A stretch of DNA of 29,256 nucleotides from a virus (lineage: Duplodnaviria; Caudoviricetes). Each line of letters starts with the position of its first letter. Positions within the stretch are counted from its first letter, which is position 1. Below the pieces are notes generated by a model that did no database searches, was not told the DNA's origin, and was given only the letters and a program-made list of their open reading frames with translations. Made by a program: the position numbers and the translations under genes. The DNA is taken from IMG/VR virus record IMGVR_UViG_3300032281_000200, positions 1 through 29,256 of that record, one strand, 5' to 3'. Below are positions 1 to 7,388 of the stretch, in pieces.

Positions 1-2172
1 AAATTCTTTAGCATCTTTTTTCTTTCCAATGATCTTTCTAACTTTATCTGCTTCCGACATGGACATACCGCCAAGGTGTACGCATGCTTGCATAACTTGT
101 TCCTGGTAAAGAATACAGCCATAGGTGTCCTCCGTAAATTCTTTTAACACTTGGTGTGTGTAAGATATATTTTGACGACCATGTTTACGATCAACATAAT
201 CTTTTCCAATAGTGTTCATTGCTCCTGGACGAACAAGAGCATTTGATGCTGCAAGTTCGTTTAAGTTTTTAACGCCCATCTTAACAATAAGGTTTGTATA
301 TGGTGCTGCTTCACACTGGAACACACCTTTTGTGTATCCATCAGATAGCATCTGATAAACATTTGCATCGTCCATCTTAATCTTAAGAAGGTCAATCTTT
401 TTTCCATCTCGTTCTTTGATTATGTTAATTGTATCCTTAAGAACAGATAAAGTCTTAAGACCCAATGCATCAATCTTAATCAAACCAATTCTTTCAGCCT
501 CTTCCATGTCAACACCAACTACTGGGATTCTTTCATCGGAGCCAGTAGAAGATCTTGTTTCAAGTGGTGCAAATCTAAAGATTGGTTCTTTGCTTGTTAC
601 CACACCTGCTGCGTGAATTCCTGTACCACGAATGCGACCACGAAGTTGTTCTCCATATATCTCTACTTCTGGATACTTCTCACGAAATTCTCTGGTTGAT
701 TTTGAACTACAATAGTCATCCCACGAGTCTACTGTTTTTAAAACTTTGTTAACATCTGATAATGGAATGTTTAGAACTCTTGAAACATCTCTAACAATTC
801 CCTTTCCTGTAAACTCAAGGAAGGTAGCAATAGATGCAACATGCCGATACTGTCTAACAAGATAATCTTTTACTTCTTCACGACGGGTATCTTGAATATC
901 TGTATCAATATCAGGAAAGTCGTTACGATCTGGATTAATAAAACGAAAGAACAAAAGTTTATGCTCAATAGGGTCAATGTCTGTAATCTTTAGTGCATAG
1001 CAGACAAGCGAGCCAGCAGAAGATCCACGGCCTGGACCGACCATAATGTCTTCCTTCTTTGCCCAGTTGATCATATTGCTTACAACAAGGAAGTATGGAG
1101 CAAACCTTTTATCCTTAATAATCTTCAACTCTTCTTCAAGTCTGTCAAGATACTCTTGGTTTTCTGACAAGCCTCTTTCGAGAAGACCAGCAATGGCTAA
1201 CTCTTTTAACTCTTTATCTGGATTCTTGTATTGTGCTGGTAGCAGATCTAGTCCTTCTTGAATTCCATAGTCACCAACCTTTTCTGCAATCTCTAAAGTG
1301 TTTGAATAAATATCTGGACGATCAATGCCTTGAGCCTCCATTGCAGACTTCATTTCTTCATACGAAAGGAGATGAATATCAAATTTATTAAATGTTATCT
1401 GACGATCTTCACCGTATAGATAGTCTAGGCGCTTCATCATATCTTGCTGCTTCCTAGACTTTTCAAATGTATGTTCTTTGTCAATCTTTACATGTGTATT
1501 AAGAAGTAATTTAAATTCTTGAATTTCTTTTTGATCTGTGTGGCTGTGATGGCAGTCAGGTGTTACAACAACCTTTACTTCATACTCGTCTGCCAAGGCA
1601 ATCAACTGCTTGTTTATTTCTGCAGTATTATGTGGCATTACCTCAACATAGTAGTCATCATTAAATACACGCTTAAACCATGCAATATAATCTTTTGCTA
1701 TAGCAAATTCGTTATTTTCAAGTGCCTTAACTAATACGCTACTTGGGCATGCAGATGTTACAATAATGCCTTCAGAATATTTTTCAAGTATTTCAAAGTC
1801 AAACCTTGGCTTCTTAAAGTATCCTTCTGTCCAAGATATCTCGCTGATCTTATTTAAATTCTCTAAACCAATTTGGTTCTTGGCGAGAAGTACTATATGG
1901 TTGTAGACTAAATCTAGATCTCCGTCTCTTTCAGACTTATCTCTAGTATCAAATCTATCTTTACACATATAGCCTTCTACGCCAAGTATAGGCTTAATAC
2001 CCTTTGCTTTTGCAATACGGTGCAGTTCCCTATGCCCAGATAAAGTACCGTGGTCAGTGATGGCAATTGCTGGCATCCCTAACTCAACTGCACGGTCAAT
2101 GTATTCTTCTGGAGTAGCAATCCCGTCAAATAACGAGTAGTGAGTATGTACGTGTAAGCCTACGTAGGACAT
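1..2172 (-). CDS. dnaE: DNA polymerase III alpha subunit (DnaE, C-family), 3'-truncated by the window edge (724 aa visible)
   Basis: My translation from ATG at 2172 is open to position 1: MSYVGLHVHTHYSLFDG...AITDHG...GIKPILGVE (PHP domain), VGPGRGSSAGSLVCYAL, FPDIDTD, GIHAAGVV, LIKIDALGL, VFQCE, LVRPG, TYGCILYQEQVM. It is absent from the ORF track because no stop codon lies in the window. Confidence 0.97.
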   Translation of the reverse strand, partial: MSYVGLHVHTHYSLFDGIATPEEYIDRAVELGMPAIAITDHGTLSGHRELHRIAKAKGIKPILGVEGYMCKDRFDTRDKSERDGDLDLVYNHIVLLAKNQIGLENLNKISEISWTEGYFKKPRFDFEILEKYSEGIIVTSACPSSVLVKALENNEFAIAKDYIAWFKRVFNDDYYVEVMPHNTAEINKQLIALADEYEVKVVVTPDCHHSHTDQKEIQEFKLLLNTHVKIDKEHTFEKSRKQQDMMKRLDYLYGEDRQITFNKFDIHLLSYEEMKSAMEAQGIDRPDIYSNTLEIAEKVGDYGIQEGLDLLPAQYKNPDKELKELAIAGLLERGLSENQEYLDRLEEELKIIKDKRFAPYFLVVSNMINWAKKEDIMVGPGRGSSAGSLVCYALKITDIDPIEHKLLFFRFINPDRNDFPDIDTDIQDTRREEVKDYLVRQYRHVASIATFLEFTGKGIVRDVSRVLNIPLSDVNKVLKTVDSWDDYCSSKSTREFREKYPEVEIYGEQLRGRIRGTGIHAAGVVTSKEPIFRFAPLETRSSTGSDERIPVVGVDMEEAERIGLIKIDALGLKTLSVLKDTINIIKERDGKKIDLLKIKMDDANVYQMLSDGYTKGVFQCEAAPYTNLIVKMGVKNLNELAASNALVRPGAMNTIGKDYVDRKHGRQNISYTHQVLKEFTEDTYGCILYQEQVMQACVHLGGMSMSEADKVRKIIGKKKDAKEF

Positions 2173-2175
2173 CTA

Positions 2176-2829
2176 CTACCAGTCGATGTTGGTGCTGGTA
2201 ACAGAAGGTGTGTCAAATCCAAAGTAGAATGCTTCTTGCTCTGGATATGGAACCTCACGAACAACCTTTTCTAGGTTGAAGAATTCAAAGCCATCCCATG
2301 CGAATGGTTCTGAATCTGGCTTTGATGGTAGAAGTGTGTAGTTGGTTTCAGTTCCCTGACCATTACGCTTTAACTTCCACTCAAGGTTTGAAATGCTACC
2401 TGTGTCAAGTGCATATTCACGGATATTGTTAAATGCTGACTGCTTAGAAATTCCTTGTGACCAAACAGCAATGTATGGATCTTCTAGCCCATCGTTCATT
2501 AGAACGTTACAGTAGAAGCGCAAACGTGCTCTCCAACCTGACTTTGGTTCCTTACGTGCCATCTCGCAACCGAAGCATCGCCCTTCTGAATCAATTGTGC
2601 ATGCTGCCTTGCGCTTGTAGTCCTTTGGATTTGTATGCTCTGAAACCACCACAGAAAGGCCACGGGCCTCTGCATAGTTTGCTGAGTCTTGATCTAGTTC
2701 TTCTACAAATCGAATCTTTCCTGATTGTCCGTCAGCCAACTTAACCCAACGAACCTTTTGTCCTGTGCCTTCATACTTTGGTTTTTCGAGCAGGGCGTTG
2801 ATATCTTTTAATCCCTTAATTACGCTCAT
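2176..2829 (-). CDS. Single-stranded DNA-binding protein, T4 gp32-like
   Basis: 217 aa; KLADGQSGKIRF, H-x11-C-x7-C-x2-C Zn site (EHTNP...AACTIDSEGRCFGC), KLKRNGQGTETNYTLLP. Strong RBS AAGGAG. Lies between primase and polymerase. Confidence 0.8.
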   Translation of the reverse strand: MSVIKGLKDINALLEKPKYEGTGQKVRWVKLADGQSGKIRFVEELDQDSANYAEARGLSVVVSEHTNPKDYKRKAACTIDSEGRCFGCEMARKEPKSGWRARLRFYCNVLMNDGLEDPYIAVWSQGISKQSAFNNIREYALDTGSISNLEWKLKRNGQGTETNYTLLPSKPDSEPFAWDGFEFFNLEKVVREVPYPEQEAFYFGFDTPSVTSTNIDW

Positions 2830-2853
2830 ATATTTCTCCTTTGTGTTGTTATA

Positions 2854-3798
2854 TTAGTTTAGCATAGACTGTATGGATTTGTCAAACTGGAAGTCTAAAC
2901 TTTTTATGTCTTCATCAGCCATATCGCCTATGTCTTTATATTGTTTATCTAGTTTAATAACAGAAACACGAGAACCAAGTTTTTCAATTATCTTAGTCTT
3001 CATATTTCCCCCTGCCTCATCATTATCAGCAATAACAATAATGTTATTAAAATATTTTTGAAGCAATTCTATTTGTATGTTGGAGACATTTGCTCCAAGG
3101 GTTGCAATCGCTGGGAAACCAACCTGGTCAAGCCTTATAGCATCAAAGGATGACTCTACAACATAAACTCTATCTGCTGTCTTTACTCTATGTAAATTAA
3201 ACAAGGTTTTTGCTTTTGGTAGTCCAGGAGTATTCTTAAACTCTTTTCCCTCAATCGATCTTCCAACAAATCCTACTGGAATCCCATCTGGACTATGAAC
3301 TGGAACAGTCACCATATCCTGCTTTTCTGAATATCCTAAAGAAAATTTTGACCAAGATAAAGTTTCAAGTTTCCTATATTTAAAATAATCTTTTGCTCTT
3401 TCTGATGAAAGTAAATTATTGTATAAACGTTTTAGTATTAACTCATCAAAAGGAACGAAGTCTGGCTTCTTGTATAATTGTTTATTAATATCTTGTTCTA
3501 GGTTGCCCTCTTGCTCTTTACTTTTGATAAACCTAATTGACTCAAAATATGTTCTACCGCTAGTATGCATTATTAATTCAACAAGGTCGGTAATGTGTTG
3601 ACAGGAAAAACAAAAAAACTTTCCAGTTGACTTGTCTACTTCTCCTGCTGGTGTTCTTGTGTTTGAATGGAAAGGGCAAAAAATAATATAGTCGGAGTCT
3701 ACTTCTGACTCAACGCTTATACCTGCTCCTGCGAGAACTCGTTGGATCTGTTCTTTTGTGTATATATTGGTTTGTTTCCGTCTATCCCTGTTATCCAT
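2854..3798 (-). CDS. dnaG: DNA primase, DnaG-like (CHC2 Zn finger + TOPRIM)
   Basis: CPFH...CFSC Zn finger; VPVHSPDGIPVGFVGR; TOPRIM motifs VVESSFDA, ATLGA, ADNDEAG, KDIGD. No C-terminal helicase-binding domain. Confidence 0.92.
   Translation of the reverse strand: MDNRDRRKQTNIYTKEQIQRVLAGAGISVESEVDSDYIIFCPFHSNTRTPAGEVDKSTGKFFCFSCQHITDLVELIMHTSGRTYFESIRFIKSKEQEGNLEQDINKQLYKKPDFVPFDELILKRLYNNLLSSERAKDYFKYRKLETLSWSKFSLGYSEKQDMVTVPVHSPDGIPVGFVGRSIEGKEFKNTPGLPKAKTLFNLHRVKTADRVYVVESSFDAIRLDQVGFPAIATLGANVSNIQIELLQKYFNNIIVIADNDEAGGNMKTKIIEKLGSRVSVIKLDKQYKDIGDMADEDIKSLDFQFDKSIQSMLN
2856..2864 (-). promoter_or_regulatory. Putative extended -10 promoter TGcTAAACT upstream of SSB/dnaE
   Basis: Minus strand reads TGCTAAACT-aatataacaacacaaAGGAGaaatat-ATG, fitting TGnTAnnnT and resembling the other motifs at gene junctions. 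Confidence 0.55.
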
Positions 3799-4043
3799 TC
3801 GCTTTGCTTTCTCCCTACGTATATAGCATGCACTGTTAGTGCAAACTGAAAACTTCTCTTCTTCTCATTATAGTCTATCGTAAAATCTGGTTCAATGTCA
3901 ATCCTTGGAACATATCCTGACAACTTCATCTCAGATACTAGAAGTCTAACATATTCTAGCCTAAGTCTACCTATAGCAGATTCATCGTGGATGACTCCAT
4001 CTAGATAGAACTTCTTGATCGGTTTGTGATGATAATTTGCCAT
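3717..4043 (-). CDS. Hypothetical protein between helicase and primase
   Basis: 108-aa ORF filling the helicase-primase gap; TATAAT lies 7 nt before its ATG; 3' end overlaps the primase start by 82 nt. Confidence 0.8.
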   Translation of the reverse strand: MANYHHKPIKKFYLDGVIHDESAIGRLRLEYVRLLVSEMKLSGYVPRIDIEPDFTIDYNEKKRSFQFALTVHAIYVGRKQSEWITGIDGNKPIYTQKNRSNEFSQEQV

Positions 4044-4050
4044 AATACAT

Positions 4051-4056
4051 ATTATA
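4051..4056 (-). promoter_or_regulatory. Putative -10 box for a leaderless transcript
   Basis: TAG(stop of helicase)-T-TATAAT-atgtatt-ATG; no Shine-Dalgarno sequence before the ATG at 4043. Confidence 0.6.
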
Positions 4057-4057
4057 A

Positions 4058-5284
4058 CTAGTTATCTTTGTTTTCATAGTCCTTGTATCTATAGTATCCC
4101 TTATCAAAATCAACCTGCACTAGGAAATCCCCCATAAAACCATTACGGTTCTTTCTAAATGCACATTCAATAATATCACTATTTGTTCCTCTACCAAGAG
4201 CAATAACCCAGTCTGCATCATATGCAATCTGTCTAGACCAAGCAGTCTGTCCCAAAGTAGGAACAGAACTAAGGTCATTAACATCATCTGGTGTAGCAGA
4301 TGAGATAGCAATAATAGGGACTTCTTCACCAATAGCCATCAGTTTAAGTTCTCTTGAAAGGTTCTTCATTCGTACCGTTTCATTATCTGACTTCTGATTA
4401 GGAGCCATCAACTGAAGGTAGTCAACGATTACAAAGTCTGGCTTATACTGATCAATCTTTCCACGAAGAACTGATGGGTTAATTTCTCCACCTTGGTCGT
4501 TAGAAATAATATGAAACTCTGGCTTACCCTGAAGATGCTTTGCATGCCACATCTTTAAGGTTTCCATCTCAACCTCGCCATTGCTCAACTTTCTGTGTGA
4601 CCAAAGTCCTTCTCCCATAATTGTAAATACACGATTACGAACTTCTGTTTCTGACATCTCAAGGGAGATCACAAGGGGTGTTTTACCCTGTTTCCAGGCC
4701 TGTACAGCGAAGTATAGGGCCATCCACGACTTTCCTATGCCTGGGTATGCTAGAAAGACTCCTAACTGCCCTGGCATAATTCCAGATGGAAGATAGTTGT
4801 CAAAACCTGGAAGGTTTGTTTTAATCCCAACATGGCCTGCTGCTTGCTGGACCTTTAAGTTTTCAAAGTATGCAACTGCTGATTCAATATCTGTTACATC
4901 AATATCACGAATAGCAGATGTGTTCTTTTTTAATTCTGATGTCTGAGTAATTAAATTATCTAAAGCCTTGTTGCCTTCTCCTTGCTGTACATCTCCAGCA
5001 GCAGAGCGAAGAATATCTTTTAGGCTGTCATTAAGATACTCGGTTTGTAATTCTTCTAAGTGATGTTTTGTAGCACCAATGCCAGCGATTGGTTCAAAGT
5101 CTCTAAACTTTTCTACAACTAGTGATGCTGGTGGGACAGACTTGTTGTGTTCAAAATAGTTTCTGATAAAGTTCCAGACATCGTTGTGTGTTCTAAGAAG
5201 GTTATCAATGTTTGCCTGAAGTAATACGTGAACTTGTTTATCTTCTAGAACAGCAGTAATTAGTTTAGCCTCTGTATTATTCAC
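4058..5284 (-). CDS. dnaB: Replicative DNA helicase, DnaB/SF4-like
   Basis: Walker A LAYPGIGKS, motif 1a ISLEMS, Walker B VIVDYLQLM, YDADWVIAL, arginine-finger KNRNG; N-terminal helical domain; GTG start overlapping the upstream stop. Confidence 0.95.
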   Translation of the reverse strand: MNNTEAKLITAVLEDKQVHVLLQANIDNLLRTHNDVWNFIRNYFEHNKSVPPASLVVEKFRDFEPIAGIGATKHHLEELQTEYLNDSLKDILRSAAGDVQQGEGNKALDNLITQTSELKKNTSAIRDIDVTDIESAVAYFENLKVQQAAGHVGIKTNLPGFDNYLPSGIMPGQLGVFLAYPGIGKSWMALYFAVQAWKQGKTPLVISLEMSETEVRNRVFTIMGEGLWSHRKLSNGEVEMETLKMWHAKHLQGKPEFHIISNDQGGEINPSVLRGKIDQYKPDFVIVDYLQLMAPNQKSDNETVRMKNLSRELKLMAIGEEVPIIAISSATPDDVNDLSSVPTLGQTAWSRQIAYDADWVIALGRGTNSDIIECAFRKNRNGFMGDFLVQVDFDKGYYRYKDYENKDN

Positions 5285-5585
5285 TTAGCCACTCCTTTGC
5301 CATCCTTCTACGCTCTTCTCTTTCTTCATCGTCTCTTTTTTTATCTTTTTGTGCCTGTAATATTTTTTCTGCATTGTATGCAAAGTAATTCCAAGAAGGA
5401 CTCTCTGCAACTTTAAAGTAATAATCAAGTATATCGTAACAGCCTGAAATACCATATGATTCAACTAGAGCGTCTGAAGCCCATTGTTCTACATTTAGAT
5501 TAAGGGATGGCTTTGATTCGTACCTTGCGGTATGATACTTACTGTATCTTGAAAGCAAAGCCATACGGTCTTTGCGTTCGGCCAT
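5277..5585 (-). CDS. Hypothetical protein coupled to the helicase (possible loader/initiator)
   Basis: 102 aa, helical-looking with a charged C-terminal helix; TAATG overlap upstream and 8-nt overlap with the helicase. The function is inferred from position only. Confidence 0.75.
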   Translation of the reverse strand: MAERKDRMALLSRYSKYHTARYESKPSLNLNVEQWASDALVESYGISGCYDILDYYFKVAESPSWNYFAYNAEKILQAQKDKKRDDEEREERRRMAKEWLSE

Positions 5586-5791
5586 TACTCGTTTATTTCA
5601 GACTTGGCTTCGTTAATTTTTTCAGTTAATTTATCTTCAACAAACTTATACACACGCTCAAAAGCATCGTTTGTATTTTCTCCGTCACGCTTGCTATCAA
5701 TGATTCCAAGATCAAGTCTTAGTGATTGAAAGTTCCCAAGGTTTAATGTGTATCCTAATGTTACAGATACTTTTGTCTCTTCGTTTTCCAT
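5585..5791 (-). CDS. Small hypothetical protein (68 aa; start revised to ATG 5791)
   Basis: MENEETKVSVTLGYTLNLGNFQSLRLDLG... ATG 5791 follows GAAGGG and avoids overlap with the upstream gene, unlike the track start at 5842. Confidence 0.75.
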   Translation of the reverse strand: MENEETKVSVTLGYTLNLGNFQSLRLDLGIIDSKRDGENTNDAFERVYKFVEDKLTEKINEAKSEINE

Positions 5792-5804
5792 TTCATACCC
5801 TTCG

Positions 5805-6347
5805 TTAAATAGACTCATTCCAAATTGGAATAAATCTTCCATCTTCTGTCTTCGTATATGTAAGTATACCGTCTCCCATACGCCTTGTCAACTCTTGCTG
5901 TGAGGGAGTAATGTCGTTTGTTATTAATTTGTCTTTTCTTGGTCTACCAATGTGGTACGTAGCAAGTATATCACGTATCTCTCTTACCTGTGATTCTGAG
6001 TAATATGATCTAACTTGAAATCCTCTTGCACCACCTTTTTGTGAACCCGTTGGGAAAGGAATAATTCCTCGTTTCATTAATGATGGCATATATTTTTTAT
6101 GACGATTAACTAAATCAGCAGTCTGGCCAACAGTGTATGCTCGTTCTCGGTTCTTTTTAAAATCACTAATTAAACAACTTTCAATTTGATCTTTTGTAAT
6201 ATTATAAACAGACATTATTCCATTTGATCTGTTCAAATGATGAACCCTTATAAGGTCACCATTTAAAAACCACACCTTTTTGTTTCCAGGTATTACAGAG
6301 GACTGATTGTAGCCTTCGCTCTCAATTTTTCCTTTTCTAGTAGCCAC
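5805..6347 (-). CDS. DNA-binding protein with MerR/excisionase-like winged HTH and AT-hook-like GRPRK
   Basis: YTVGQTADLVNRHKKYMPSLMKRGIIP...RSYYSESQVREIRDI matches the MerR/Xis HTH pattern, followed by HIGRPRKD; GGAGG precedes the GTG start. Confidence 0.7.
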   Translation of the reverse strand: MATRKGKIESEGYNQSSVIPGNKKVWFLNGDLIRVHHLNRSNGIMSVYNITKDQIESCLISDFKKNRERAYTVGQTADLVNRHKKYMPSLMKRGIIPFPTGSQKGGARGFQVRSYYSESQVREIRDILATYHIGRPRKDKLITNDITPSQQELTRRMGDGILTYTKTEDGRFIPIWNESI

Positions 6348-6484
6348 TGGCCCTCCCGTGATGCCGTTGGTGGATTTAAAAATCTTCTAGATCCACAGTA
6401 CATACAATATATTTCAAGGTGGTCTATCTTGCTATACTGTCTGTCAATAAACATTCTTCTACTGCATTTGTAGCACTTTATCAT
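6293..6484 (-). CDS. Small zinc-ribbon protein
   Basis: 63 aa with CxxC-x19-CxxCG; ATG lies 2 nt after the upstream stop. Confidence 0.75.
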   Translation of the reverse strand: MIKCYKCSRRMFIDRQYSKIDHLEIYCMYCGSRRFLNPPTASREGQWLLEKEKLRAKATISPL

Positions 6485-6486
6485 TC

Positions 6487-6930
6487 TTAATTTGGTATTC
6501 CAACAATAATTAAATTCACGTCTACTGACATATCACCAGTAGTACCAAATCTTACGATGCCCTCAACCTTCGAAGTGGTCACAGTTTTTAAAACAACTGA
6601 AACATTTTTACCAGCATCTGTTCCACCAACGTTGATTGGTGTTGCCGTTGCAATGGGTGCATACTTAAAATCTGTTGGAAAGTCATACGAGAATGAAACT
6701 TCTGTTCCAGCGTTTCTTGTAGAACTATTAACAACGTTAATGTACCCACCAATAATTCTTGCTTCTGAGGCTTTTATGCTTTGCTTTCCAATTCCTGGTG
6801 TATCAATTGTCACGTACTTGTAGACTGCTGGTGATATTTGAGAAGCAAGATCATTAATTGCAGTCGCCAATTGATAGATGTAAGAAACATCTAAAGGTTG
6901 TCCTCGTTCTGGTAGTGGTAGTTTTGCCAT
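6487..6930 (-). CDS. Minor tail/fibre protein with H-type-lectin-like C-terminal domain
   Basis: SFSYDFPTDFKYAPIATATP...VSVVLKTVTTSKVEGIVR...VNLIIVG resembles fibre-tip/H-lectin beta-sandwiches; last gene of the tail block. Confidence 0.55.
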   Translation of the reverse strand: MAKLPLPERGQPLDVSYIYQLATAINDLASQISPAVYKYVTIDTPGIGKQSIKASEARIIGGYINVVNSSTRNAGTEVSFSYDFPTDFKYAPIATATPINVGGTDAGKNVSVVLKTVTTSKVEGIVRFGTTGDMSVDVNLIIVGIPN

Positions 6931-6932
6931 AG

Positions 6933-7388
6933 TTATACAATTATACCACTAACGGCTGTCCCTGAAGACTCAAATAATGTTGCGTGGGAAAACCTTTGCT
7001 TTGGAAAGGTTGGAACTTGAACTGCAACTTTTACATTGGTCGCATTATCTTTAATTATAGTAGCAAACATTGTTGAATAAACTGTTGTAGCGTATTCCCA
7101 ATTTCCAGAATCCCACTTTACATATACATCAAACTCTGACTTAGTGTCAGGTAGGGGAGTCCATACTGCAGTTATTGTATTATTTGTTTGTGATGCAGAA
7201 ACCGAAAAAGGAATGTCGGATACGTCAGCAAGTGGAAGCCTGTACTTTGTTGACCAATGAGAAGATCTGTTTTTATCTTCTGAGACAATCCTAAATCTTA
7301 CCACATAGTTTTCATTTATTCCAGATCTTTGTGGCAAAGATGATTTTAAAATAATTACCTTTTTAATTCCAGAATCTGCTGTTGCCAT
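6933..7388 (-). CDS. Minor tail protein, Fn3/Ig-like
   Basis: YVVRFRIVSEDKNRSSHWS and ITAVWTP...FDVYVKWDSGNWEY...VKVAVQ follow fibronectin-III patterns; TAATG coupling to the upstream gene. Confidence 0.55.
   Translation of the reverse strand: MATADSGIKKVIILKSSLPQRSGINENYVVRFRIVSEDKNRSSHWSTKYRLPLADVSDIPFSVSASQTNNTITAVWTPLPDTKSEFDVYVKWDSGNWEYATTVYSTMFATIIKDNATNVKVAVQVPTFPKQRFSHATLFESSGTAVSGIIV
6940..6948 (-). promoter_or_regulatory. Putative extended -10 promoter TGgTATAAT (near-leaderless)
   Basis: TGGTATAAT-tgtataact-ATG(6930); perfect TGnTATAAT with no Shine-Dalgarno sequence. Confidence 0.65.

Noticed and set aside
1-5284. Inteins or introns in dnaE, primase or helicase
   Set aside because: The visible translations are continuous and of normal length between motifs, with no intein termini or homing endonuclease. 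The missing dnaE 3' part cannot be assessed.
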